From: a virus
Reading direction: 5' to 3' (one strand)
DNA: 64,000 nucleotides
IMG/VR virus record: IMGVR_UViG_3300025280_000022
Under the pieces are notes generated by a model that saw only the letters and a list, made by a program, of their open reading frames with translations, was not told where the DNA came from and made no database searches. Positions 1 to 6,987 of the stretch are shown here, in pieces (position 1 is the stretch's first letter; each line of letters opens with the position of its first letter). The position numbers were made by a program, and so were the translations under genes.

Positions 1-474
1 GAAAAGAAAAAGCTCAAGAATTGCGACACCGACCTTTTTCGTGTCCATGACGCTGGCGACCTATTTTCTGGTGCGTATATAAATTGTTGGATAAGAATCT
101 GCGATGCGTTGCCCGATATTCGTTTTTGGTTTCCGACACGTGAGCATGTCCGCGTAGACCAAATGCCTCATTTGCATCAATTAGCTTTATTGCCAAATGT
201 TTGTCTTAAACCTTCCGCTTTACGCTTGGACGAACCCGCTCCGAAGATTAAAGGATTAGATGCTGGCACTGCCGTTTATACATCCGAGGAAAAAGCGGTT
301 GCCGATGGTCATTACATTTGCCCTGCCACAATCCACGCCTATCGTCTTGGCAAAAAAGCATGGCGGAAAGTTGAGAAAAAAGAGAGGGCTAAACTTTCGT
401 CTTGCAAAGGCAATGGATGTAAGCTATGCTTTATTAAAGGTTGCAATAAGGGTATTGCATACATGGCACACTAA
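1..474 (+). CDS. GP88-like phage protein, 5'-truncated by the window edge
   Basis: Frame 1 is open from base 1 (EKKKLKNCDTDLFRVHDAGDLFS...PDIRFWFPTRE). It has FRxHDxGD, WxPTRE and C-terminal CPA...CxxxxCxLC motifs, which I recall from mycobacteriophage gp88-like proteins. Confidence 0.65.
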   Translation, partial: EKKKLKNCDTDLFRVHDAGDLFSGAYINCWIRICDALPDIRFWFPTREHVRVDQMPHLHQLALLPNVCLKPSALRLDEPAPKIKGLDAGTAVYTSEEKAVADGHYICPATIHAYRLGKKAWRKVEKKERAKLSSCKGNGCKLCFIKGCNKGIAYMAH

Positions 475-487
475 ACAAAAGGAAAAA

Positions 488-553
488 ATGATAGAAGTGA
501 CGGGGTTTTTAGTTATTATTTTAATGTATTACGTTTTTCTTTCAGGACAATAA
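488..553 (+). CDS. 21-aa hydrophobic micropeptide (MIEVTGFLVIILMYYVFLSGQ)
   Basis: ATG follows an A-rich stretch and the stop abuts the next ATG. Single TM-like segment. Confidence 0.45.
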   Translation: MIEVTGFLVIILMYYVFLSGQ

Positions 554-554
554 A

Positions 555-752
555 ATGACTATATTAGACACACCAGAAGCAATTGATGGTTTTCGTGTTC
601 GGGTTTTGCTCCGTGCGCTCAAGTTAGAGTGTCTTGGAATGAAAAGGGGAGGACAGTCCGTCTATAGCATCGTCAAGAATGAGTTTGGGTTCAAGGGCAA
701 TAAGCAAAAGGTCTACGCCCAACTGGAGGAATGGATCAACGACAATCCGTGA
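555..752 (+). CDS. small phage hypothetical protein
   Basis: 65-aa ORF whose TGA overlaps the GTG of the next gene. Confidence 0.75.
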   Translation: MTILDTPEAIDGFRVRVLLRALKLECLGMKRGGQSVYSIVKNEFGFKGNKQKVYAQLEEWINDNP

Positions 753-1111
753 GGAGCTTAATAACATTACTTTTTTTGAGCGTCTCACTTTTTGGGGAGT
801 TAAGAAATAGGCACGTTGCCGAGGAATGGAACAGTCGCGCAATAAATATTGAGCGGAGCGTATTTTCCCAACAAAATGCGTGGCACTACTTAAGTTGGTT
901 TGGGGTGTATTATCAAACCGAGGAGTGGTGGATTTATCATTGCGAAAAGGGTTGGCTTTATCCTGAAGGCGATAATAATCTGGGGGCTTGGTTTTACTGG
1001 GAAAAGACAAATACTTGGATTTGGATGCGTGCTGATGTATATCCTCTGGCCTGGAATAGTGGCACACAGGCATGGTTTAATTTTTGTGGTGACCCGCTAG
1101 CCCAGTCATAG
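749..1111 (+). CDS. secreted Trp-rich protein (Opitutales-type WFG...WIYH...GWLY...W.W...YP domain)
   Basis: GTG749 overlaps the upstream stop. Signal-peptide-like MRSLITLLFLSVSLFG is followed by the Trp-rich motif series. Confidence 0.65.
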   Translation: MRSLITLLFLSVSLFGELRNRHVAEEWNSRAINIERSVFSQQNAWHYLSWFGVYYQTEEWWIYHCEKGWLYPEGDNNLGAWFYWEKTNTWIWMRADVYPLAWNSGTQAWFNFCGDPLAQS

Positions 1112-1170
1112 AGCGGGCTGGCGGCTAGGCGCCCAGGCCGCCCCGCGGCAGGCCGCATAAACACTGGGCT
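1099..1170. repeat. paired 21-bp pseudo-palindromic sites (1099 fwd, 1150 rev)
   Basis: agcccagtcatagagcgggct and aggccgcataaacactgggct, 51 bp start-to-start. Confidence 0.9.
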
Positions 1171-1214
1171 CACGGGCGACACTTAAAAAAACTTTATTTT
1201 TTATGATTTAAGGG

Positions 1215-1242
1215 TTGACTTTACCTGTATACCTGTCATACT
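1215..1242 (+). promoter_or_regulatory. sigma70-type early promoter, probably leaderless transcript
   Basis: TTGACT-16-CATACT with extended TG. ATG at 1250. Confidence 0.75.
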
Positions 1243-1249
1243 TAAAGGC

Positions 1250-1393
1250 ATGAATAGTAAAGAAAGAATGAATGAATGGAAAAAGCTTCCTGCGAATACT
1301 ATTGCGTGGGAAACTTTTAAACGTCTTGTCGGTCAATTCGGCAGGGACGAAGGGATCAAGAAAGCGCAAAAGATTATTGCAAAAAAGTCTTGA
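1250..1393 (+). CDS. 47-aa hypothetical protein
   Basis: Hand-translated MNSKERMNEWKKLPANTIAWETFKRLVGQFG..., directly after the promoter. Confidence 0.65.
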   Translation: MNSKERMNEWKKLPANTIAWETFKRLVGQFGRDEGIKKAQKIIAKKS

Positions 1394-1417
1394 CAAAAAC
1401 CACTAATCTGTCAAACT
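1390..1417 (+). promoter_or_regulatory. sigma70-type promoter (leaderless)
   Basis: TTGACA-16-CAAACT with extended TG. ATG at 1424. Confidence 0.65.
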
Positions 1418-1423
1418 AGACCC

Positions 1424-1576
1424 ATGAGTAAAAGATATATAGAACAGAACAAAACCTCCAAGTATGCCACAAAGTATTCTCACACAGGCAAACTGCCGTT
1501 GGTTCAATCATTAACCGATCCAAATGTCATGGTGCGTCCGAAGGTTCGCACCGCCCAAGAAAAGAACAAGAAATGA
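1424..1576 (+). CDS. 50-aa basic hypothetical protein
   Basis: Hand-translated MSKRYIEQNKTSKYATKYSHTG.... ATGA overlap with the next gene. Confidence 0.65.
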   Translation: MSKRYIEQNKTSKYATKYSHTGKLPLVQSLTDPNVMVRPKVRTAQEKNKK

Positions 1577-1872
1577 AAGACAACGACATAGTAGTTTATA
1601 AACTCCTCGATGAGTTTAATCGCTCAAGGGAAGCAATCGTTCAATTTTTGCGTAACAAAGGATTCTCCTGCGAGCAAGCCCACGCAAAGATCATGCGCTA
1701 TCAAAGCGAAACCCAGATTGCCTATCGTGAATTTAAGAACACAGGCTTTACCGATGGCGGTGTCCAGTTTACGATGGAAGACGACCAAAAGGATTTTGGG
1801 AAAGATTATTTTAAACCCGAAGAAAAGATAAAAATTAACTTGGATGATATTGGGGAATTCCCACAATTGTAA
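1573..1872 (+). CDS. hypothetical protein
   Basis: 99-aa ORF coupled to the upstream gene by an ATGA overlap. Confidence 0.75.
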   Translation: MKDNDIVVYKLLDEFNRSREAIVQFLRNKGFSCEQAHAKIMRYQSETQIAYREFKNTGFTDGGVQFTMEDDQKDFGKDYFKPEEKIKINLDDIGEFPQL

Positions 1873-1874
1873 GC

Positions 1875-2123
1875 ATGAATAAACTAGAAAACGCTCTCGC
1901 TTGTCTCGGCATTGATCCCAGCACTTTTGAAGAATGGAAAGCTGATGTCGGGACTGACAAACTTGTTGCGGAAAATGGATTGCTCAAGACTACGGACGAA
2001 GATGTGCGTGATGAACTTGGGCAACTCGATACATCAGTCGAGGATGATCCGATAGACGAAGATGACGAAAACCAAGTAGACATGGATGTGCTGTCTCCAC
2101 ACATGAGAGAGGTATACCAGTAA
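1875..2123 (+). CDS. highly acidic protein, paralog of 10253..10501
   Basis: D/E-rich, with shared motif DPIDEDDExQxDMDxxS. Confidence 0.8.
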   Translation: MNKLENALACLGIDPSTFEEWKADVGTDKLVAENGLLKTTDEDVRDELGQLDTSVEDDPIDEDDENQVDMDVLSPHMREVYQ

Positions 2124-2203
2124 TGTGGGCGTTACCCTTAATCTGTGTAGTTATCTATGCTTACTTAATAGTATTGGTTATTGGATCAAATGCAAACGAT
2201 TGA
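2123..2203 (+). CDS. 26-aa membrane micropeptide
   Basis: TAATG overlap. MWALPLICVVIYAYLIVLVIGSNAND. Confidence 0.5.
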   Translation: MWALPLICVVIYAYLIVLVIGSNAND

Positions 2204-2354
2204 CACTGTAGAAACTAATCCCGAAATACGAGAGATGAATCTGACTTATAGGCAACTTGTTGATCATCTTCTCGACTTGCTCAATCACGGCACGAAGGAC
2301 GAAAAGAATGAGGCTTACGAAAAGCTGATGGCGATTTGTCCCAAGCGGGTTTAA
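2190..2354 (+). CDS. 54-aa hypothetical protein
   Basis: Hand-translated MQTIDTVETNPEIREMNLTYRQLVDHLLDLLNHG..., ending just before a hairpin. Confidence 0.55.
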   Translation: MQTIDTVETNPEIREMNLTYRQLVDHLLDLLNHGTKDEKNEAYEKLMAICPKRV

Positions 2355-2384
2355 ATATCAAATAAGGCTTTTGTCGTGGTTTGC

Positions 2385-2419
2385 GCCTCGTCGGGGTTGG
2401 TGGTTCTCCTCGGCGAGGC
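2385..2419 (+). terminator. hairpin with conserved TTGGTGGTTCT loop (copy 1, no clear U-tract)
   Basis: 12-bp stem gcctcgtcgggg/cctcggcgaggc. Confidence 0.65.
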
Positions 2420-2423
2420 CCTT

Positions 2424-2548
2424 ACCCCGCATGAACACTGGGCTGGAGAGGGGCGGCCTCCCCCGCCCGCCGCCAGCCCGCATGGATACTGGGCTGGTGG
2501 GTGATGCGCGCCCTTATGTATAGAGCCTTATTAACATCTTATGTATAG
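2424..2548 (-). repeat. paired 21-bp sites (2424 and 2475, both rev) followed by CTTATGTATAG boxes
   Basis: accccgcatgaacactgggct and agcccgcatggatactgggct, 51 bp apart. Confidence 0.9.
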
Positions 2549-2596
2549 TGTGCCCAGCACCTGGGCTTTTCCCCCGAAAAAAAGTTAAAAAAACTC

Positions 2597-2624
2597 TTGA
2601 CTTCACAAAAATTTCTGTCATACT
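2597..2624 (+). promoter_or_regulatory. sigma70-type early promoter
   Basis: TTGACT-16-CATACT, extended TG, A-rich UP region. Confidence 0.75.
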
Positions 2625-2662
2625 ATAACTATAATTAAGATTAACCATCAGCCCAAAAAAAC

Positions 2663-2881
2663 ATGACCATCGCCCAACTCGCCCACCAAGATTCCACCGA
2701 ACTCACCGTTGCCCTTTTGGGGTTTGACGCTTGGCTCGCCGACACCGCACCCACTTCCGAGGAGTGGGACAAAATCCTTCACGACATGCAGGCCGAGGAT
2801 GACGCCCACCGTGAAAATGTCTTGCTCAAAGACAATACCGAATTTTCGATGCCTACTGCCAAGGAACTTCGCAGCTGGTAA
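2663..2881 (+). CDS. acidic hypothetical protein
   Basis: 72-aa ORF after the promoter with an A-rich leader. Confidence 0.75.
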   Translation: MTIAQLAHQDSTELTVALLGFDAWLADTAPTSEEWDKILHDMQAEDDAHRENVLLKDNTEFSMPTAKELRSW

Positions 2882-2902
2882 AACCTCAACCCAAGAAAAA
2901 TC

Positions 2903-3175
2903 ATGCTCGACTTGAGTAACGTAGAAAAAATCACCGACCCAGAGGTCATCGCGCAGGACGCGTTCGACGCGGGTTGGGAGGGACGTCTCTCCTGTAACAT
3001 GCCCGCGCAGTATGCGGACGTGGGCAACAACTGGCGCATCTGGGCAGACGAATGGCAGTCTGGTCATCGTGACGCGCAGGACGATGTCGCCTACTATCGG
3101 GCGGACGCGCAGGGGCCAGACGCGACTGGCCAGAGTGACTGGGCGATGGATCAGTTCGTGGACGAGTCGCTTTAG
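2903..3175 (+). CDS. acidic Trp-rich hypothetical protein
   Basis: 90 aa, D/E-rich, AFDAGWEG...WQSG pattern. Confidence 0.75.
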   Translation: MLDLSNVEKITDPEVIAQDAFDAGWEGRLSCNMPAQYADVGNNWRIWADEWQSGHRDAQDDVAYYRADAQGPDATGQSDWAMDQFVDESL

Positions 3176-3245
3176 TTGGCTCTATTACTGGGCTGGCGGG
3201 CGGCGGGCCCTCCCGCCCCGCTCCAGGCCGCTCTATGACTGGGCT
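3174..3245 (-). repeat. paired 21-bp sites (3174 and 3225, rev)
   Basis: agttggctctattactgggct and aggccgctctatgactgggct, 51 bp apart. Confidence 0.88.
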
Positions 3246-3273
3246 GGCGGGCGAAAGTTTTTTAAAAAAACGC

Positions 3274-3301
3274 TTGACATCCTACCCCTATAGTATATTA
3301 T
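3274..3301 (+). promoter_or_regulatory. sigma70-type promoter upstream of the tRNA-like RNA
   Basis: TTGACA-16-TATTAT. Confidence 0.65.
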
Positions 3302-3332
3302 TGAAGGTAGTTAATTGAAAGACTTTTATTGT

Positions 3333-3478
3333 GGGGTCGTAGCTCAGATAGGTGAGAGCACCAGTCTACGCCAAGGGGGTTGATCTCCCCGAAACTCGCC
3401 AAGCATGAGGTACCGCTTGCAAGGTTGGGGGAAGCGATAATAGACTGGAGGTCGAGGGTTCGAGTCCCTCCGATCCCT
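3333..3478 (+). ncRNA. tRNA-like RNA with a 71-nt insertion in the anticodon loop (amino acid identity not assignable)
   Basis: Acceptor GGGGTCG/CGATCCC, D arm GCTC-AGATAGGTGA-GAGC, anticodon stem CCAGT/ACTGG, variable loop AGGTC, T arm GAGGG-TTCGAGT-CCCTC. Loop 3366-3443 is 78 nt. No encoded CCA. Confidence 0.85.
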
Positions 3479-3490
3479 GCTTTTTCTGTA

Positions 3491-3560
3491 GATCGAAAGA
3501 TTGAACAACGAGGCGTCAGCACACGCCTACAACCCTTCGGGGAGAGAGAAAAAGGTTCAC
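3491..3560 (+). ncRNA. candidate small structured RNA downstream of the tRNA-like gene
   Basis: GATC-GAAA-GATT hairpin, then TGAAC/GTTCA closing AGGCGT/ACGCCT and CCC-TTCG-GGG hairpins. Confidence 0.45.
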
Positions 3561-3567
3561 AATTTAG

Positions 3568-3596
3568 TTGACATCTCGCACTTTTTACTGTAAAAT
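3568..3596 (+). promoter_or_regulatory. sigma70-type promoter
   Basis: TTGACA-17-TAAAAT. Confidence 0.75.
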
Positions 3597-3619
3597 TATC
3601 TTAAATCAAAATTAAAACC

Positions 3620-3901
3620 ATGGAATACCATAGCATTAAAGTTATCGACCGTTGGAATCAAGATGAAGACGGCAACCATCTGGAAGTAAGAGTGGGAATG
3701 TCTGCACCATCTGCGCAGGACGCAGTTGACTATATCGCAGACGCTTTCAATGTTCGCCCCGAAGACAAGCGTTACCTAGTTTTGTCCCAAGAGGATGAAA
3801 AGCGTATGTACGCTGAATTTAGCGACTCAATCGAAAGCGCAACCTTTGGAGGGTATGAGTTAGCTGATGGGTTGGCTTTTGCTTACGACATAGACGACTA
3901 A
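3620..3901 (+). CDS. acidic hypothetical protein
   Basis: 93-aa ORF with AAAACCATG start context. Confidence 0.8.
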   Translation: MEYHSIKVIDRWNQDEDGNHLEVRVGMSAPSAQDAVDYIADAFNVRPEDKRYLVLSQEDEKRMYAEFSDSIESATFGGYELADGLAFAYDIDD

Positions 3902-3908
3902 TTGCTCT

Positions 3909-3980
3909 GATTGGCTCTATCATTGGGCTGGCGGGCGGCGCTCTCCTCCGCCCCGCTCCAGCCCGCTCTATGACTGGGCT
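3909..3980 (-). repeat. paired 21-bp sites (3909 and 3960, rev)
   Basis: gattggctctatcattgggct and agcccgctctatgactgggct, 51 bp apart. Confidence 0.88.
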
Positions 3981-4007
3981 GGAGGTCGATAAAAAACGAA
4001 AAAACTC

Positions 4008-4035
4008 TTGACTTTGTTTAATTTTCTGTCATACT
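4008..4035 (+). promoter_or_regulatory. sigma70-type promoter
   Basis: TTGACT-16-CATACT, extended TG. Confidence 0.75.
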
Positions 4036-4070
4036 TTATATAAAGATTAACATTATTAAGATAAAAAACC

Positions 4071-4337
4071 ATGAGTAACCACGACCAAGCATACATTGAA
4101 AAGTTTCAATCCGAAGACACCACCTACAATGGGTGGAAGAATCATGCCACCTGGAATGTCGCCCTTTGGATTGGTAGCGACCAAGGGCTGTATGAATTTG
4201 CCAAGGAGTGTGGCGACTACGACACCTTCAAAGATTCTTTGCGTGATGTCGGCCAACTGGAAACGCCCGACCGAGTTGCCTATAACGATTCGGCTCTCGA
4301 CCTCGAAAGCCTTAACGAATATATCAGCGAATTATAA
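4071..4337 (+). CDS. conserved phage early protein (YNGWxNxxTWNVALWI family)
   Basis: Motif recalled from widespread phage hypothetical proteins. Confidence 0.8.
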   Translation: MSNHDQAYIEKFQSEDTTYNGWKNHATWNVALWIGSDQGLYEFAKECGDYDTFKDSLRDVGQLETPDRVAYNDSALDLESLNEYISEL

Positions 4338-4338
4338 C

Positions 4339-4367
4339 TTGACAAAAACCTCAAATTAGTACATTAT
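4339..4367 (+). promoter_or_regulatory. sigma70-type promoter (leaderless)
   Basis: TTGACA-17-CATTAT. ATG at 4375. Confidence 0.65.
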
Positions 4368-4374
4368 TGTTACC

Positions 4375-4707
4375 ATGAAAACATTCGATGATTTAGCATT
4401 CGCAGTCCATCCCAACGTGGATGGTGGTTTAATGGCTCGCCTTGACCTTGGCGACTATCAAGTTTCCGTTGTGACCATGCGAGGCAAGAAGCCCCAGTAT
4501 GGTGGACTCTATGGTTCCCAAGCCGAAGGCACTTATGAAGTTGCCGTTTTTGCCAACACCGAAGGTGTCGATGGTAAGGATATGGTTCACCTGTCGGAGT
4601 GGGATGACGTTCTCGGCTGGCAATCGCCCGAACAGATTACCGCCATCATGGCGAAAATCCAAGAGGGTAATGGTGCAAGCCTAAATCAACCCCAAGCTGT
4701 TTGGTAA
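4375..4707 (+). CDS. conserved phage hypothetical protein (MKTFxDLxF...YEVAV...DDVxGW family)
   Basis: 110-aa ORF with motifs recalled from phage hypotheticals. Confidence 0.8.
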   Translation: MKTFDDLAFAVHPNVDGGLMARLDLGDYQVSVVTMRGKKPQYGGLYGSQAEGTYEVAVFANTEGVDGKDMVHLSEWDDVLGWQSPEQITAIMAKIQEGNGASLNQPQAVW

Positions 4708-4708
4708 A

Positions 4709-4807
4709 ATGATTGCTTCCTCAATTGCTGTTTTGATTGTTTCGCTTGCTTATCTCGGCATTGGTTTAATAGGCACAGGCATCTCCATCTTAATGCGCAA
4801 CAAATAA
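4709..4807 (+). CDS. 32-aa membrane micropeptide
   Basis: MIASSIAVLIVSLAYLGIGLIGTGISILMRNK, abutting the upstream stop. Confidence 0.55.
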   Translation: MIASSIAVLIVSLAYLGIGLIGTGISILMRNK

Positions 4808-4825
4808 ATTTTTGGTGACATGGTT

Positions 4826-4870
4826 AACCCGTCGAGGTTGGTGGTTCTCCTCGGCGGGTTTTTTGTTTTT
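4826..4870 (+). terminator. intrinsic terminator with TTGGTGGTTCT loop (copy 2)
   Basis: aacccgtcgagg/cctcggcgggtt stem followed by a T-tract. Confidence 0.8.
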
Positions 4871-4871
4871 G

Positions 4872-4928
4872 GGTCAAATATCGTATTGTTGGCCAAATAT
4901 CGTATCGTTGGTCAAATATCGCGTTGGT
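4872..4928 (+). repeat. three tandem 19-bp direct repeats (GGYCAAATATCG...)
   Basis: Units start at 4872, 4891 and 4910. Confidence 0.8.
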
Positions 4929-4956
4929 GGTTCAACTGCATCGGCTCAAGCTAATG

Positions 4957-5150
4957 CTTATGCATAGTGATCTATGTATAGTCTATGCATAACGTTTTAT
5001 GTATAGCGTTTTGAGTCATCGCCCGCTAGCCCAGTGATAGAGCGGGCTGCAGCGGGGCGGGGGGGCCCGCCGCCCGCCAGCCCAGTGTTCATGCGGGTTG
5101 CGGGGTGGTCATTAGAATTTCTCCGCCTCGTATTAGTTTTTCTCATACGT
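4957..5150 (+). repeat. junction module: 4x TATGYATA boxes, paired 21-bp sites (5028 and 5079, fwd), ATTAG boxes
   Basis: agcccagtgatagagcgggct and agcccagtgttcatgcgggtt, 51 bp apart. Confidence 0.9.
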
Positions 5151-5233
5151 GCATAATCGCACAATTTTTCCCTTGCGGTTTTGGGAAATGTCTATATTCT
5201 TATAGGTATAGAATCAAACTAGAAAAGAAAATT

Positions 5234-5428
5234 ATGACAAAAGAAACACTCGCCTTAATCATATCCGACAATTTTGAACAAGCAAAGCGTGGAGATGCCT
5301 TTGCGATTTCTGCCATTATCGGAGCGAATGATGAATTGGAGAAAATCAAGCAACTTGAAAAAGACATTGCTTTTGCCCAGATCGTGAAGGGTGAAATTGA
5401 GTGGGAAAAAAACCTAGAAAGTGCTTGA
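5234..5428 (+). CDS. 64-aa hypothetical protein
   Basis: Probable start MTKETLALII at 5234, downstream of TTGCGG-16-TATTCT (5173-5200). Confidence 0.7.
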   Translation: MTKETLALIISDNFEQAKRGDAFAISAIIGANDELEKIKQLEKDIAFAQIVKGEIEWEKNLESA

Positions 5429-5453
5429 CATTTTCGGCAATCTCATATAAAAT
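5425..5453 (+). promoter_or_regulatory. sigma70-type promoter
   Basis: TTGACA-17-TAAAAT. Confidence 0.75.
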
Positions 5454-5492
5454 TGTAGTATATTAAAATTAAGAACCACAAAAGAAAAAACC

Positions 5493-5684
5493 ATGCACCA
5501 CCTAAAAGTAGATATTGTCGATCCTGACACCAACACAATTCTCAAGTCCAACGTCAACATGACAACTGACGGCAAGCTCTCCGTTTGCGAGATGAATGAC
5601 CTCCTCTTTGCCCAAGGTGGCAATGTTTTTCGGGTTGTCGAAGTTGTTGAACGAGATCCATTTCTCCCTTGGAAATTGTTTTAA
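5493..5684 (+). CDS. hypothetical protein
   Basis: 63 aa with AAAAAACCATG context. Confidence 0.75.
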   Translation: MHHLKVDIVDPDTNTILKSNVNMTTDGKLSVCEMNDLLFAQGGNVFRVVEVVERDPFLPWKLF

Positions 5685-5688
5685 GGGC

Positions 5689-5717
5689 TTGACAATTTAA
5701 CCCTTTCCCCTCATACT
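5689..5717 (+). promoter_or_regulatory. sigma70-type promoter (leaderless)
   Basis: TTGACA-17-CATACT. ATG at 5724. Confidence 0.7.
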
Positions 5718-5723
5718 AGAACC

Positions 5724-5915
5724 ATGAAAAAACTCGAAGTTATAAAACCACTCCGCATGAACCAGTATCTTTTGAATGTGGGCGACCAATTTGAAGTTGC
5801 CAAGGTCATCGAAGATCCTCTCACTAAAGCAAAATTTTGGCGTCCTGCTAATGTCAAAGGCATGGAAGAAATGTATTGGCTTTTCTCCACAAAAATTTTC
5901 AAAGTTATAGAATAA
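5724..5915 (+). CDS. hypothetical protein
   Basis: 63-aa ORF. Confidence 0.75.
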   Translation: MKKLEVIKPLRMNQYLLNVGDQFEVAKVIEDPLTKAKFWRPANVKGMEEMYWLFSTKIFKVIE

Positions 5916-6088
5916 TGGTTATTGTAGAACAGCACCCAAACATCCAAAAATGGACAAATGTATTCCATGCAGGAAAATTAGTTTTCCAACTATCCTGCCG
6001 AGCTAAAGCCTTGCGTCTCGCCCAGCGTCTCGCCAAGGAAAAAAAGACCGCAGTTTTCGATGTCGATCAAAACGAAACAGTCAAATGA
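5915..6088 (+). CDS. 57-aa hypothetical protein
   Basis: TAATG overlap gives start MVIVEQHPNIQKW. Confidence 0.7.
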   Translation: MVIVEQHPNIQKWTNVFHAGKLVFQLSCRAKALRLAQRLAKEKKTAVFDVDQNETVK

Positions 6089-6326
6089 TTATTTTCGGCC
6101 TATCAATTATCGCCCTTTTAGTTTTTGCATATCTAACCCGATAAAAAAATGATTGAAGTAATTTTGTTTGTTGGTCTTTCCCTTGCTTACGCTAACCTTA
6201 CAACCTAAAAAACACATGAAGCACATTGCCGATTTATTTGCCAAACCGCTTTTGCTGTTGTCCCTGACTGCGTTCCTTTACGTCCTGCATATTGTAGTGA
6301 TGGATTGGATTCGTCTCATCGGTTAA
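6085..6326 (+). CDS. three consecutive hydrophobic micropeptides (6085-6144, 6149-6208, 6216-6326)
   Basis: MIIFGLSIIALLVFAYLTR, MIEVILFVGLSLAYANLTT and MKHIADLFAKPLLLLSLTAFLYVLHIVVMDWIRLIG, tightly packed. Confidence 0.5.
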
Positions 6327-6336
6327 ACAGTCGCCG

Positions 6337-6470
6337 CTATACATAAGCCGCTATACATAAGGCCTTATACATAAGGGCGGCGGGGGGCCGCGGCCCGCCA
6401 GCCCAGTGTTCATGCGGGTTGCGGGGCGGTCATTAGAATTTCTCTGCTCGGTATAAGTTTTGCTCATAAG
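6337..6470 (+). repeat. junction module: 3x TATACATAAG, single 21-bp site (6400), ATTAG boxes
   Basis: agcccagtgttcatgcgggtt at 6400-6420. Confidence 0.88.
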
Positions 6471-6501
6471 ATAAAAAAGTGAAAAAACTTTCACAAAAGG
6501 G

Positions 6502-6529
6502 TTGACTTTATCAAAAATTCTGTCATACT
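6502..6529 (+). promoter_or_regulatory. sigma70-type promoter
   Basis: TTGACT-16-CATACT, extended TG. Confidence 0.75.
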
Positions 6530-6571
6530 ATTATTATATTAAGATTAAAAACCACAAAAAGAAAAACCACC

Positions 6572-6787
6572 ATGATTAAAAAAAATGATATTGTTCGCTC
6601 TCCTCAAGGTCTCGTTGGCGTTGTCCTTGACCTAGTCAAAGACCCTGACGGCATCCAGTTTGCGATTTTCCGTTGCGTTGGTTCGCAACGAAAGGTTGCT
6701 TGCCCAGTTGCCAGCTTAAGCCCGCACAAGTGGCTCAATGTTGTCAGCATCCATCAGGACAACAAGAACCTTCTCGCCAAAAGTTAA
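6572..6787 (+). CDS. small beta-rich (SH3/KOW-like?) protein
   Basis: MIKKNDIV..., resembling the next gene. Confidence 0.7.
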   Translation: MIKKNDIVRSPQGLVGVVLDLVKDPDGIQFAIFRCVGSQRKVACPVASLSPHKWLNVVSIHQDNKNLLAKS

Positions 6788-6790
6788 GCC

Positions 6791-6976
6791 ATGATTAAAA
6801 CTAACGATAAAGTCCTCACTAAAAAAAATTCACTTTGCAAGGTGACTTCCATTCGTGGTCGCTTCGCATTGCTCAAGGGCATTGGCTCGGATCAGTCCCC
6901 GCCTGTACGAGTCCTTGCTTGCATCAGCGACCTGCGGACTCTTAAGGGTTTTCACGGCACTCATATTATTATCTAA
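6791..6976 (+). CDS. small beta-rich protein, likely paralog of 6572..6787
   Basis: MIKTNDKV...LACISDL versus MIKKNDIV...VACPVASL. Confidence 0.7.
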   Translation: MIKTNDKVLTKKNSLCKVTSIRGRFALLKGIGSDQSPPVRVLACISDLRTLKGFHGTHIII

Positions 6977-6987
6977 ACAAAAAAATC

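Noticed and set aside
3333-3478. tmRNA, or group I/BHB intron-containing tRNA with a defined anticodon
   Set aside because: It has a full D arm and no tag ORF. The insert is too short for group I and a canonical BHB does not form, so no amino acid is assigned.
3298-3571. ORFs 3298..3522(-) and 3380..3571(+)
   Set aside because: They overlap the tRNA-like RNA, which explains the sequence better.
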